Source of the DNA: Nageia nagi
Lineage: Eukaryota > Plantae > Pinophyta
Assembly: GCA_050084985.1 (NCBI GenBank)
Contig: JBITNC010000001.1
Coordinates: forward strand, 160,332,001-160,396,000
Reading direction: 5' to 3'
Length of the DNA: 64,000 nucleotides
Positions 37,100 through 51,050 of this stretch are shown here, in pieces (position 1 is the stretch's first letter; each line of letters starts with the position of its first letter). The position numbers were made by a program, and so were the translations under genes. A model generated the notes under the pieces. It searched no databases, was not told the origin of the DNA, and saw only the letters and a list, made by a program, of their open reading frames with translations.

Positions 37100-40000
37100 A
37101 TCATCTTCTGGTCTATCCTCACGTTGTAATATGCTCATGTTAACTATTGTGTATCTTATTTCATCAATTTTAATTCCAATCTTATTATTGAGAATATTCA
37201 TCCAATCACATTTGAATAAGGGGTAGTCCCACCATAAGAAATTCAACAAAATAATTTTCCTAATAACACCATAATATGAGTATTAAAAAAATTGACAATT
37301 GCATCAATACATATGCTGTTATTTTGAGTTATTCTTTGTTCATCTATGTATTTGGTATTAAATCTATAATTCTTGATCAAATAACCTGAAAATCTAGTTT
37401 CAACTTGAATCAAACTACATACTACTCATTTGAGTATGTTAAAATTATCATCATTATGTTCAAATTCATCTCCCTTAAATTGGAATAAAGAATACTATTT
37501 TAAATATGATTCCATAATATTACATGATGATCATTACAAATATCAAATTTTTTATTTGAGTAAAAAAAATAATGTGATTTTGTAGCCAAGGGATGAATTC
37601 CTTAATATGAGTTTTCTTGCACTGTCGCTTCATCTCTCTCTACATGAGGGTTGGATTCTTTAATACTCATCATGTGCTTTCTGATTTGGTACAAAGTGTA
37701 TCAAGCACAATCCAATATAAGTTATATTTGATCCCATATTATATGTAATATAAATAAATAAACATTTACTTAATCTAGGTTCATGAGAAGCATGGATGGT
37801 TTTGCTCAAGGGAAATTTCATCCAAATTAAAGAATTTACTATTAGATGTTGGTCTCCCATTAATTGTAGTTTTTTCATCATCACTCCCTACATTATACTA
37901 TGAAATATGATCATAGATCACTTTATACCTCTCATATAGTCTATACAAAATGGAATAGATTCCTCAATAACATATCTCTTAATAATACACCCTTTGGGCC
38001 TAGCTAGATTCTTTACTTAACTCTTATAAATCTTCATTAAAATGACCAAAAATAATAATTTTATTTCGATGAGACAATATAGAAAATTATACAAATGATG
38101 GTTTGTGAAATTGATAAATACATATAAACCTCTCAAAAGGGTACATCTATTGATATTATACAAGTCCACTTAGACGTACATCCTCCACCAAGTGAATTTT
38201 TAAGTGCACCATGATATTAAAAACTTTTGGGGGGAAGTACTTTTCGATGAAAAATAAGGTCTCCTTGACCTCTTCCTTTAATTCAATTAATTGTTTTCAA
38301 ATCCACCACTTTTACATATATATCCTTATAGAACATGCACAACTTATAAATGGATTTTCATATTGGCTTATCAACCACATATTGTAATGCTATCGGGAGA
38401 AGGTTTTGCATGAGAACATGAAAATCATGTGATTTTATACCAAGGATCTTAATATTTCTCATAAACTTTTTTTCTAATATTTGAACTACATCCAATAGGT
38501 ACATTCATGTTGTAAAATATTTCACAAAACCTTTGTTTCTAAACCTTATATAGATTATAGGGTTTTGTTGTAATGTATATCTTTCCATTATGGATTCATG
38601 CCTATAATGAACTCCTCATATTAAACTATTTATAAATATCATAAGAGATTTTACCAACCTTTGAATTTGTATTAGTACCTAAAAATATCCGAACTAGGTT
38701 TTCATAGACATATTTCTATACATGCATCACATCCAAGTTGTGATGAACTAAAAGATCTTGTTCATAGATAGAAATATCAAACTAAAATTATTCAACATTT
38801 TGAAATACATAACAACAAATACAATTATTAAATCACATATCATACCTTCCAATATGGTAGATTGAATAATATAGATTTCTTCTTCCATCCTTTAATGTTA
38901 TCATCATCCTTCTTACTTTTGTTTTTTTTTATATTTTCTCAACTCTCCCCAATTTCATGGGATATTTTATACCTTTTCTAGTATTTCACTCCTATTTAAA
39001 CACAAAGGTTCTTTATCCCACTCTTCATCATTATTAAAACATGCTTTTTGATGATGAAATTGATGATCCATAAAAAGAAATATCATATGGCCCATATAAA
39101 TATTATTATTATTGAATGGAAGTCATATTGATCAAGTGTTCTCCCCTCATATTGGACATGAAAATAATTGCTTTACCATACATCCTACTAGGTTTTCATA
39201 AGAAGGAAAATAATGAATAAACCACATCATTATTACTCTCATATTGAATCTAATTTTATGAAATACATCATACATTTCTACCTTATTGAATTCCATAATT
39301 TGAGTAAGTCATGAACCAATGACTGTAGATAAACATCAATATGGATACTTGGTTTTTGGGGGCTAGGTATTAACAAGATAAGCATTGAATAACTACTCTT
39401 TATCAACATCCATGGTGGAAGTTTGTACATGACCAACATAATAGGCCAATAACTCTAGTGAGAACTAAAGTCGATAAAAGGGTTAAACCCATCAGATACT
39501 ATTGTTAGTCATACAATTCATGGTTCTTTATTAAAATTTGGCCATATAGAATCTATCTTTTTCCATGCCAAATATTTGAATGAATATCACATATTTATAT
39601 CTAGACTCTTATGTTGGGAATGCCATCTCATATTTTCTATAAACTTATAGAGCTACAAGAAGAAAGTAACTCACTTCAACCACATCTAATAATGTTGAGA
39701 GAAAAAAAATACAACATAGCTATTTGTATAATAAAATTGTTTACCTATACATTCTCTACAATATCTATAAAATGGAGTAATACCTCAACTCCTTCATAGG
39801 AATCTTATTATTTCATTTGTTTTTTAAATGATGATCAACTTTCCAATTTGGTTCATCATATTTTGGGCAATCTTGAAGATTTTTATATTCTTTATAATAT
39901 AAAATACAATAATTTTTGGATGCATGTATCATTACATAATCTAATCCCAATATCTTTAGCATTTTCTTCATTACATATGATGAATCTGGAATTGTATTAC

Positions 40001-40760
40001 CAATTGGAAGTATATCTCTTAGCAATTCTAATAAATCGCCAAAGCTTTTTTCTATCCAATCATGTTCAACTTTAAGATAATATAATTTAGCTATTATTGA
40101 TAATGTTGTGTACTTTGTAAGACCTAAGTATAATGGTTATTTTTTGGTATCTTTAACCAACCTACAAAATTCATCAAGAGCATATTCCAACTCGATATCA
40201 TTATCTTATAGTTATTTTCCACTCACTAAGTAGTAAATATTTTCCATTCCAATGATGTCATCTTATGCACTTTTGATATTTGGACCCTCATCAATGGTAA
40301 TGCATGCATCTGATGCATGTTGGTCAATTATTAGATGGTTCTTTTCTATGCAAATAAAAAATGTTATATGTCTTATCAAATCCATGCAAAAATAGATGCT
40401 CATGAATCTCCTCAAAACTAAGAGTTAACATATTTTGGTACCTCCAACATGGACATCTAGTTCTTTTCAAATATGTGGAATTAATTTTTGCAAATGCAAT
40501 GAATTTGTAAACCTAAGAAAATATTGCTCATTATTTCTAGCTACTTGTAACCATTATTTTTCCATAATGCTTAAAAAACATATCCTTAAAATTAGCCACA
40601 TAATAAATAAAGTTGAAAGTTAAACTTGATCTATCCCAAGATAAACAACTTTTTTTCTACATAAAAAATATGACTATATGAGGTCATTATAAAGATAACA
40701 TTAAATGAGTTTATTATCTACTAATGAGGGTACTAACAATATGAAACTCTTTGATCTAAA
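37100..40760 (-). mobile_element. CACTA/EnSpm Tnp2 transposase pseudogene, copy 1 (3'-truncated)
   Basis: Transposase-associated domain near 40565; LLRDILPIGNTIPDSSYVMKK..GLDYVMIHA; SDGFNPF..SYWPIMLVMYKLPPW..IDVYLQSLVHDL; HNLDVMHIE; GIKSHDFHVLMQ; MVHLKIHLVE; MYPFERF; LFKCDW. Confidence 0.92.
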
Positions 40761-41539
40761 TAACAACTTTTTTCTATGATGGTAGATAAGAAATTCTTTA
40801 TTTTTAGCCTTCACAACATACAACACATGTATTACATTTGGAATATACCCCATATATCTCTTATGTTTATGGATGTGATTTATCTCTTGCAAGAAAGACA
40901 TGTATAATTTTGTCAATATCAATCCACCTATATCTAGGTATCTTTTACATTCTTATATCTATCATAAATATCCTTATCCTTTGAATATTCTCATATTTTC
41001 CCAATACAACATAAATATTTGAAAGAAGAACATAAGATGGAGCATATTTAGGATCAAATAAAAAGGGTTATCACCACATATTCCCCTATATATATATTCT
41101 TAAATGATCTACAAGCATTAGAAAGACATAAAAAAACTATTTTAGGCTTTATGGGGATATTGAAAATCAAGTTCAAAGCTTCCTCAAGTCAGTATAAATG
41201 ACCAATAAGGTTAGCATGTAATGTTTCAATTTTGAGGGTTTCACTTATTTTTGGTTTTACAAGGATTCTATTCTCTACAAGCTTGGGATTATTGATTCAT
41301 CTCTTCAAATGGATAGATAATCTTCTAGCAATCATTTTAATAGGTTACATAATATGGTTTCATAAGGAAATGAAGGAGATATTACATTTAAAATATTTTC
41401 TTTGTAACTAGATTTTTATAATTGTGCACATGGGTCCCACTCATTGAATTTATTATAATGTTACCACTTGGAATAAGATGTCCCTCCTCTAGGAGGAATT
41501 ATTTTTTCTTTTGAATATTTTGATGTATTTAATATTGTT

Positions 41540-44500
41540 GTATCCATGTGATGTTGTATTTCCTAAATTGGATGCAAAAATATGTAATTAAGCATTCCAA
41601 GATAGAATGTCCCTCTTTTAATGGAAATTAAGAGTAATTTGAGTAAAATATGAGTATTTAATTATTTTATTCTTTTGATAGGATACTTAAAATTAATTTT
41701 ATTTTATTGGGGATTTAATTTGTGATCCCAATGTGGGATGCCCCATGTAATGAAGTAATTGGTAATCTATATCATAATAGGGAATTGAAGTTTCTAGGTT
41801 GGATTGGCCAACCACTTCATGATGGGATGCCTTTTATAAAGTCAAAGAGAGTCTAATTTGTAGGATATGCTTGGATTGAAATTAATTTCTCTTTGGAGTT
41901 TATTCAAATTCCTCTTATGGACAAAAACATACAAGAGAGGTCTTGAGGGAAAAAATCCTCTCCTCTTGGAGGACTTGAGGATGAAAGCCTTTGAGTTCTC
42001 CATTAGTGGATCTACTAAAATGATCCAAATGCACCATATATATAATTACATGTAATGATGTAAATCATATAAGATTGTTATGTGGTAACATTTATGAGCA
42101 ATGTTGAAGCTTAATGATGACATATCTACTAAGAGCTTGTAAAGGTAGCTGGCCCTAAATTATCTAATTGATGATGTTTTGAACATGTTATCCTTAAGGA
42201 AAGACATCACAACTTTGTAATGTAGGTAAGAAAGCATACCATTTATATTTCTTGATTGAATATTTAAGTATTACAAACATATTTTTATCACATTACCATT
42301 TTTGTATTATTTTTTTATACTTTGTATTTCATCATGTAGCCAGTTTTATACCTAACAAATGCATCTGGTTAAGAGTTTATAAAATATTTTATTTTCTACA
42401 TATATTACAATCATAGAATTAATCATTATACATACATTCTTTACCTTCTTGGTCAAGCATTCTATCTTGAGGGAGCTTTGAACTTCACTACCAAAATACC
42501 CATAAGCTACTCCAAAAGTGGTAAGTTGACAAACGCTAGCCAAACACAAAACAAATGAGGTTACTAAGAGCATACAATAGAAGGATTAGATGAAAATAGT
42601 AGAATATGTTGTGGGATCCTTCATTTCATAGTCTATATAAAAATATTTTTACAAATAAATTATAACATGTGATATAAAATTATTTAAATACACCATATGA
42701 TCATAAAATTGGCTTGGAAAAGAAAACTAGCTATTCAACCCCAAAAAATTCAAGTGTGTAAAACCAGTCCAAAAGTGGTAAGTTGACAAAAATATACTAG
42801 TAAAATATAGAAACAATATGTGGTTACCAAGTGTATACCATTTTGTATATATAGAATTATTAAATGAGAATAATGGAACATGATTTGGGCTCCGTCATTG
42901 CATGAAACCAAAATATATTTACAAATATATTTTGATAAACAAATTATAAATGTTTGAGCATAATTGAATTTATAGAGCATATTTAAATAATTTGAGCATA
43001 AATATAGAGCATATAATTTGAATCTTAATATGCTTATATTTAAATGAAGATATGTTGTATGAAATATTTTAAATACATTATATGATCAAAAACTATTATG
43101 GAGAAATAAAGCAATTGTTCAACCCAAAAAAATTATGAGCATCAAAAACTAGTCTAAAAGTGGTAAGTTGGCCTAAAATTATCTTTCTTTTTCTTGTAAA
43201 AGGTGCCAAGATACTAATCATACTTTCAAAAATGTACTCATAATATCTTTATGCACATATTCAATGTTTTCATCATTTGTGTTGTCATCTTAAGCAATTT
43301 CAAGATCAAAAAAAATATGTTCCTCCAAAGATATCCATCTCATATGCTTCAACATATTTTATCCCTTTTGAAGGTGATATGAGATCCACATACCAACTTA
43401 TTTCAATTAAATCCTATATATAAAAAAACTTATTTGCCTTGCATTGCTAAAATACATGGATCATCTTCTAATCTATCCTCATGTTATAATCTACTCATGC
43501 TAACTATTGTGTATCCTATTTCATCAATTTTAAATCCAATATTATTACCAAGAACCTTCACCTAATCACATTTGAATAAGGGATATTCCCACCATAAGAA
43601 ATTCAACAAAATGATTTTTATCATAACACCATAATATTTGATTATTTCAATAATCTAGTTTATGTCTTTTACACTTGATTTGGAATTGAAAATTACATCA
43701 ATACATAAGTTGCTATTTTGAGTTATTCTTTTTTCATTTATGTATTTAGTACTAAATTTATAATTTTTGACTATATAGCTTGAAAATGTAGTTTCAACTT
43801 GAATTAGACTACATACCAACCATTTTATTATGTCAAAGTCATCATCATTATGTTTTGATTCATCTCCCTTAAACTCGAATTAAGAATACTAGTTTAAAGA
43901 TGATAGCAGAATATTACATGATGATCATTCAAATATAGAAGATTGTATTCAAGTGAGAAAAATAATTTGATTTTGTAGGTAGGGGATGAATTCCTTAATA
44001 TGAGTTTTTTTGTACTACCATTTCATCTCTCACTACATGATGGTTGCATTCCTTAATACTCATCTTGTGCTTCTTGATTTGGTACAAAGTGTATCAAGCA
44101 CAATAAATTCTAAATTATATTTAACTCTATATTATATATAACAATACTAAATAAACATATACTTAATATACCTAAGGTTGAAGTTCATCTAGGTTCATGA
44201 GAAAACATCGATGGTCTTGCTCAAGAGAAATTTCATCCAAATTAAAGACTTTGCCATTAGACATTGGTCTCCCATTAACTAAAATTTTTCTTCATCACTC
44301 CCTACATTGTACCATGAAAGAAGATCACAAATCACTTTTAAATCTCTCATGTAGTCTACATAGAATGGAACAAATTCCTTGATAACATATCGCTTGATAA
44401 TACAACCTTTGGGCCTAGCTTGATTCTTTATATAACTATTATAAATCTTCATAAATATGAGAAAAAATAATAATTTTGTTTCAATGAGATGTTGTAAAAA

Positions 44501-47150
44501 ATTATAAAAATGGTGGTTTATGGAACTAATGAACACATATAAACCTCCCTAATGGGTAAATTCATCGATATTATACAAGTCCACATAGACATACCTTATC
44601 AACCAAGTGAATTGCTAAGTTCATCATGATATTAAAAAATGAAGGGGGGATGTACTTTCCTAGGAAAAATAAGGTATCCTTTACCTCTTCCTTTAATTTC
44701 ATCATTTTTTTTTAAATCCACCATTTTTGCACATATATCACTATAGAACATGCATAACTTATAAATAAATTTTCATATTGGCTTATCAAGCACATGTCCT
44801 AATGATATCAGGATAAGGTTTTGCATGAGAACATCATAGTCATATAATTTTATACCAAGGATCGTAAGATCCTTTTTAAAATTTTTTTTCTAATATTTTA
44901 ACTATATCCATCAGGTACATTAATTTTGTAAAATATTTTACAAAATCTTTATATCTAAACCTTATATAGATTGTAGGGAGTTTTTGTAAGATATGTCTTT
45001 CCATTATGGATTTATGGCCATAATGAACTCCTCATATTCAACTATTTTGAATTATCACAAGCTCTTTTACAATCCTTTGAAGTTGTATTAATACTTAACA
45101 ATGTTCCAACTAGGTTTTCATATACATATTTTTCCATATGCATCACATCCAAGTTGTAATGAACTAAAAGATCTTATTCATAGATAGAAATATCAAACTA
45201 AAAGTATTCGGTATTTGAAATACATAGCAAAAAATATAGTTATTAAATTCCATGTTGTATCATATTCCAATATACTAGATTGAATAATATAGATTTCTTC
45301 TTCCATCCATTAATGTTATCATCATCATTCTTACTTATTTTTTTTAATTTGGTCAACTCTCCCTAATTTCATGGGATATTTTGTATCTTTTGTAGTATTT
45401 CACTCCTAGTTAAACACAATGGTGTTTTATGCCACTCTTCATCATTATTGAAACATGGTTTTTGATGATGAAATTGATGATCTATAGAAAGAAATATCTT
45501 GTGCCCTATATAAATGTTCTTGTGACTGATAGAGTTCATAATGATTTGTGTTCTCCCCACATCTTGAACATTAAAAGAATTTCTTTATCATACATCCTGC
45601 TAGGTTTCCATAAGAAGGAAAATCATGAATGATCCAAATCATTATTGATTCTATATTGAATCTAATTTTAAGAAATGTATCATACGTTTCTACTTCATTG
45701 AATTCCATAGTTTGAGCAAGTCATCAACCAATGGTTGTAGATAAATATCAATATTGATACCTAGTTATTCAAGAGCAAGTATTAACAAGATAAGCATTGA
45801 ATAATTACTCTTTATTGATATTCATGGTAGAATGTTGTACATGAACAACATAATAGGCCAATAACTCTAGTGAAAACTAAAATCAATAAAAGGGTTCAAC
45901 CCATTAGTTACTATTTCTTGTCGTACATTTCATGACTCTTTACAAAATTTGGCCACATAGAATCTATCTTTTTCTATGCCAAATATTTGAATGAATATCA
46001 CATATATATCTAGACTCTTCTACTAGTAATGCCATCTCATATTATCTATAACCTCTATAAAGCTACAAGAAGAAAGCAACTCACTTCAACCATGTCTAAC
46101 AATGTTGAGAGAAAAAAATACAACATAGCTATTTGTATAATAAAATTGTTTACCTATACATTCTCTGCAACATCTATAAAATGGAGTAGTACCTCAACAC
46201 CTTGATAGGAATATTATTTTATTTTATTTTCAAATGATGATCAACTTTCTAATTTGATTCATCATATTTTGGGCAAGCTTGAAGATGTTCATATTCTTTA
46301 TAATATAAAATACAATCATTTTTGCGTGCATGTATCATTACATAATCTAATCCCAATATCCTCAACATTTTCTTCATTGCATATGATGAATCTTAAATTG
46401 TATTACCAATTGGAAGTATATCTCTTAGAAATACTAATAAATTGCTTTTTTCTATCTAAGCATGCTTATCTTTGAGATGATATGATTTAGCTATTATCAA
46501 TAATGTTGTGTACATTGCACAACCTAGGTATAATGGTTATTTTCTAGCATCTTGAACTAACCTACAAAATTCATCAGGAGCATATTTGAACTTGATATCA
46601 TTATCTTGTAGTTATTTTCCACTCTTTAAGCAATTAATATTTTCCATTTCGACAATGTCATCTTATACACTTTCAATATTTGGACACTCATCCATGGCAA
46701 TGCATGTTAGATGCATATTGGTAATGAGTAGATTGTTCTTCTCCATGCAAATAAAAATTATTATATGTCTTATCAAATACATGCCAAAATAGGTGCTCAT
46801 GAATGTCCTCAAAACCAAGAGTTACCATATTTTGGAACCTCCAACATGGACGTCTAATTCTTTTAGGATCTATGGAATTATTTTTTTCAAATGTAATGAA
46901 TTTGTCAACCCCACATAAATATTGCTCATTATTTCTAGTTGCATGTAACCATAACTTTTCTATAATGCTTAAAAAAAAAATCCTTAAAACTAACCACATT
47001 ATAGAGAAAGGTGAAAGTTAAACTTAATCTATCCTAAGAAAAATAACTTTTTTTTTACATAAAATTATAACTATACGAGGTCATTATAAAGACAATATTA
47101 TATGAGTGTATTATCTACCAATGAAGGTACTAAAAATATTAAACTCTTTG
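41540..47150 (-). mobile_element. CACTA/EnSpm element copy 2 (Tnp2 pseudogene ~46965-43360 plus 3' arm)
   Basis: ORF 46688-46999 reads WLHATRNNEQYLCGVDKFI..RIRRPCWRFQN..IHEHLFWHVFDKTYNNFYLHGE. It is a direct repeat of 37100-40760 at an offset of ~6.4 kb. No CACTA TIR was located. Confidence 0.92.
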
Positions 47151-47229
47151 ATGTAATAAAACATTTGGTTTTAATACCAAATACACTCATAAAAGGAAAA
47201 GAAAGTCATGTGCTCTTGCTTAATATAAG

Positions 47230-48470
47230 TTTCTTTGCATAATGCAAATAGTTTGATGGTTTATTACAATGATTGTAGGATACACAAAAAATGGATTTTC
47301 TAGAAAATGCCTATATACATGTTTGCAAAATGTGCAAGAATACATAATTCTTAGGAATTATTTTATAAGATGCATCATGCAAACAAATTTTCTGGAATGC
47401 AATTATCAAAGGATATATAATACATGGCTATAACAAGGATTCCTTTAAACTCTTTAACTTGTTAAAGCATCCAAGTTGGTTATGTGATGATATTATGAAT
47501 AAAATTGAAGCATAATAGTAATATATCTACTAAGAGCTTGCAAATATAGCTAGCCATGACTTATCTAATTCATGATATTTTGAAACAGTTATCCTAAGGG
47601 GGAGATATCCAACCTTTATACCTTATTATACTTATTAGGGATGTAATATAACATACCATTTAATTAATGGCTTTAACAATAGAATATGTTGTGGCTTACT
47701 TCATTACCTAGACTATATCATACTAGTTTCATGGTTTGCAATGATTATAAGGTACAAACAAAATGGGTTTTCTTAAAAAGGCCCATAGTTAGAAACTTTT
47801 AGTGGTTGAATACATTTAGGCCCCAACAAATTGAAAGGATTTTCATCACAAATTCTATCTATTCCAATGTGATATTAAAGCATTGAGTAGACACATATGT
47901 GCCACTAATTTATATACTCTTGGCAATAAAGTTCAAAGTCTCATTAGGATAATTCATGCTACCAAGAAGGATAATAACATATTAATAATGATTTGTCTCA
48001 TGTACAAGATAATAAGAGTCATGTCCTATTAAAGTCTTTACAACACGCATCAACTAAAACATGCATGGTTGTTTGCAAATAGAACACATACTAGGTTTAT
48101 GCCCTAGGTTGGTTCTAGAGTGTCTCATCAAAGCAAAAAAATTAATGATATCCCCATTAAATAAATGAGTTACCTACTACCCTATCATTCTAATATTTAA
48201 TATGGTTTCTCAATGCTACTACTTTTAAAACAATCCCTTGTGTTTTCTACCACATTTTGCATATAGCTCTATCAATACACTCATAGTTCCAACATCACAC
48301 AAAAATCTAATTTTAAATAGGTTTGAGGTATTTATAAACCTTGTTGTGAGACTTCTCATGTACCCACAACTATTACATCTCATATAATTTTTCTTTTAAA
48401 GAGATTTTATTTATATCTAGAACCAATCACAAAACTTCCAATTTGATGCATTCCTTGAGGCCATCGGGAA
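47230..48470. pseudogene. Mosaic of PPR fragments on both strands plus a module shared with the CACTA 3' arm
   Basis: Plus strand: MIVGYTKNGF, TCLQNVQE/ELFYKMHHAN..WNAIIKGYIIHGYNKDSFKLF. Minus strand (48230-48470): FLCDVGTMSVLIELYAKCGR. 47480-47620 matches 42080-42220. Confidence 0.6.
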
Positions 48471-49599
48471 AGTTAAATAATATCATACACCCTCTCTAGG
48501 ATTCCATAGTTACAAACACATATAAGTCAATCTATGATGTAGTTAATCACTTGTTTAGAGACATATAAAAAAATCAACCTAGTTCTTAAAGCTGAATTTC
48601 TAGAGATTAAATAACCAAAGATTCTATTTGGGAATGAATGTGTACATTTCACAAACAAGTTATATTTAAAAATGCAGCAAATCAATTTTGTGACTAAATT
48701 TATAGAGGGAATATAAAAGAACTTCAAATTTACAAATACAAAAGGCAATAGAATACCAAAAATAATTAATGTACTTTAAAATTTTATTTAACATATAATA
48801 TTATTAATCAACATAGTTAAATAAAAAAACTCTCTACCTTATACATGGTTAAATCAAACAACTCTCTACCTATCATTTTCACCTTTTACAATCCACCATG
48901 CTACAAAAGAATAATAGCTTGACCAAATAAACCTACCTCTTTGGAAGCAAAAATATCCACCCAACTATCATGTTACTTATAATAGAAATTATCAAATCAA
49001 AATACACATGACATCATCTTACAAGTTCCACTTGTATAGAGGGCTTAGTTGAGAAAACTACTACTACCATATACAATACTTAATTATCTTCACATGAAAA
49101 TATTTAATTATTTTCATTTTATTTCAAATAATGTTAAAGTTTTTGCTAAGGGGGATCAACCAAGGCAAGTGAAACCTAACAGGAAAAGATATATTAAGTT
49201 TTATTTTAGCCAAAAATCAACAAAAATTCTAGGTACTATTAATTTTTATTGAAATTATTCAATTTTATTATGTTAATTTGAAATTAACTTTTGTTTCTTG
49301 AATTTGTAGATAATATACAAGAATTACTTACCACAATTCTTAAAAGGGTGACTGGTCAACTATTGGATGAGATTGTAGACCAATTCCTGGTTGAGGTTGA
49401 GTAAGACATGAACAATGTTGATGAAGAGGAAGACATAGATTATGTTGAAAAAATGACACAAGATGATATTTTAGTAGTGAGCACTAAACAAGAATCAAAT
49501 CTAAGTTGATGAGATCTAGAAATAAATGCATCAAAATAAAAATCATCAAAAAAATAAAAACCTTCTAAGAAGAAGACACTGACAAAGAGGAAGATCCCT

Positions 49600-51050
49600 T
49601 AATAAGAGAATACAACTAGAAAAAGAATCCCATAACAAAAAAAAAATATACCAACAAGAAAAAATGGAGATGATTGGACATTCAAAAGGAGCTTTCAACC
49701 AAAATGGGCTGGAAAATATTCATGGGTCGAAAAATATTCATGGGTCAAACCTACATTCCTTGATAACATCGAAGAGAAACCTATTGTATGTAGATGCCTT
49801 TCTTGTAGTTGGAAATAAGGATGGGATCATACACTTAAACTCAAGAGAGATAATATCAAAAAACATGTAGGTAAAACATATAAAACAATAGTTCAAGAAA
49901 ATAGAGATAAAGTTGGTCATATAATTTGGAAGATGAACACTTTTAATCACAAATACTATAAGGAATATGAAAATTTTATTGGTCAATAAAAGATGCTTTA
50001 GGAGAAGGGAGGTACAATTGAAAAACAACTTGACAAGCTTATGAGCACTTCTATGAATTCCAAAATTCTTTAGTTCTCTACTCTATTCAACATTTTAAAA
50101 CTTGGTAAGCCTATTTTTGATTTTGTTGATTGAAAAGTAGTCTTTAAATTTAATCATGTACCAAACTTTCCCAACAATCATTGGTTAGAAACTAGTTATT
50201 GGGAAATGGCAAGATCCCTTGTAGTGGTAGAGTTAGAAGATTTAAGAGAAACAGTTAAAGGATCACACTTTATTTGTCTTTTTATATATGAGGTTACAGG
50301 TAATGAAAATATAAATTGACTTTGTATGCACCTTTACAATATAAAAATATTTTGTATAAATATCATTTTCTTGTAGTTCAAAAAATAGAGAGTTCTAATA
50401 CTAAAAATCTTTTCAATGTTGTATATAGAAGTCTAAAAGAAATAGTTGGAATGGATCACCTTGAAATTGGAAGAAAGTTGATTTTTCTAGAATCTGATGG
50501 AGTGTTCTTTATGAAGGGTGTAAATTCTAGGTTATGTGTTTGTCACCAATGTATTGAATGATATCTAATAGGTATCCATTGCATAGATCATAAAATGAAT
50601 CTTGCATATCAAATCATTAGCGATCATTCTTATGTTGAAAAAGTTGAAGAACTTATAGATATAATTTATAATTATTTTTGTTCTAGTTCAAAAAGATGTT
50701 TACAATTTCAATAGTTTGTATAAGGTTTAATAGAAGGTAGAAAGTTACTCAAAAATGATGATATAAGAGGGATTTATGAACTTACACTTAGAGTTTATAA
50801 AGAGTATCCATTATTAGCAAGTTTTATGTGGTTACATCGATTCAATATTGACAAGGCACAAGATTGTCTTATCCATTTGATACATTTTGAGACATTGATC
50901 ACATTGTGTATTATCCTCCCATTATTCACTAAAATGAACATGTTGGTAAAATAAGCTTAATAAATATTGAAATATTTATTTCTTACTTCACATCATTATG
51001 AAGATGGGTACATGCTAACATAGAATTATTATACTTATCTAGAGAAGATT
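49600..51050 (+). mobile_element. hAT-family (ZNF862-like) transposase pseudogene
   Basis: FKRSFQPKWAGKYSWV..CRCLSC (TTF-type zinc finger); FSTLFNILKLGKPIFDF..VPNFPNNHWLETSYWEMA; FICLFIYEVT; KLIFLESDGVFFMKG; GIHCIDHKMNLA (CxxH); YNYFCSSSKR. Many stops. Confidence 0.8.
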
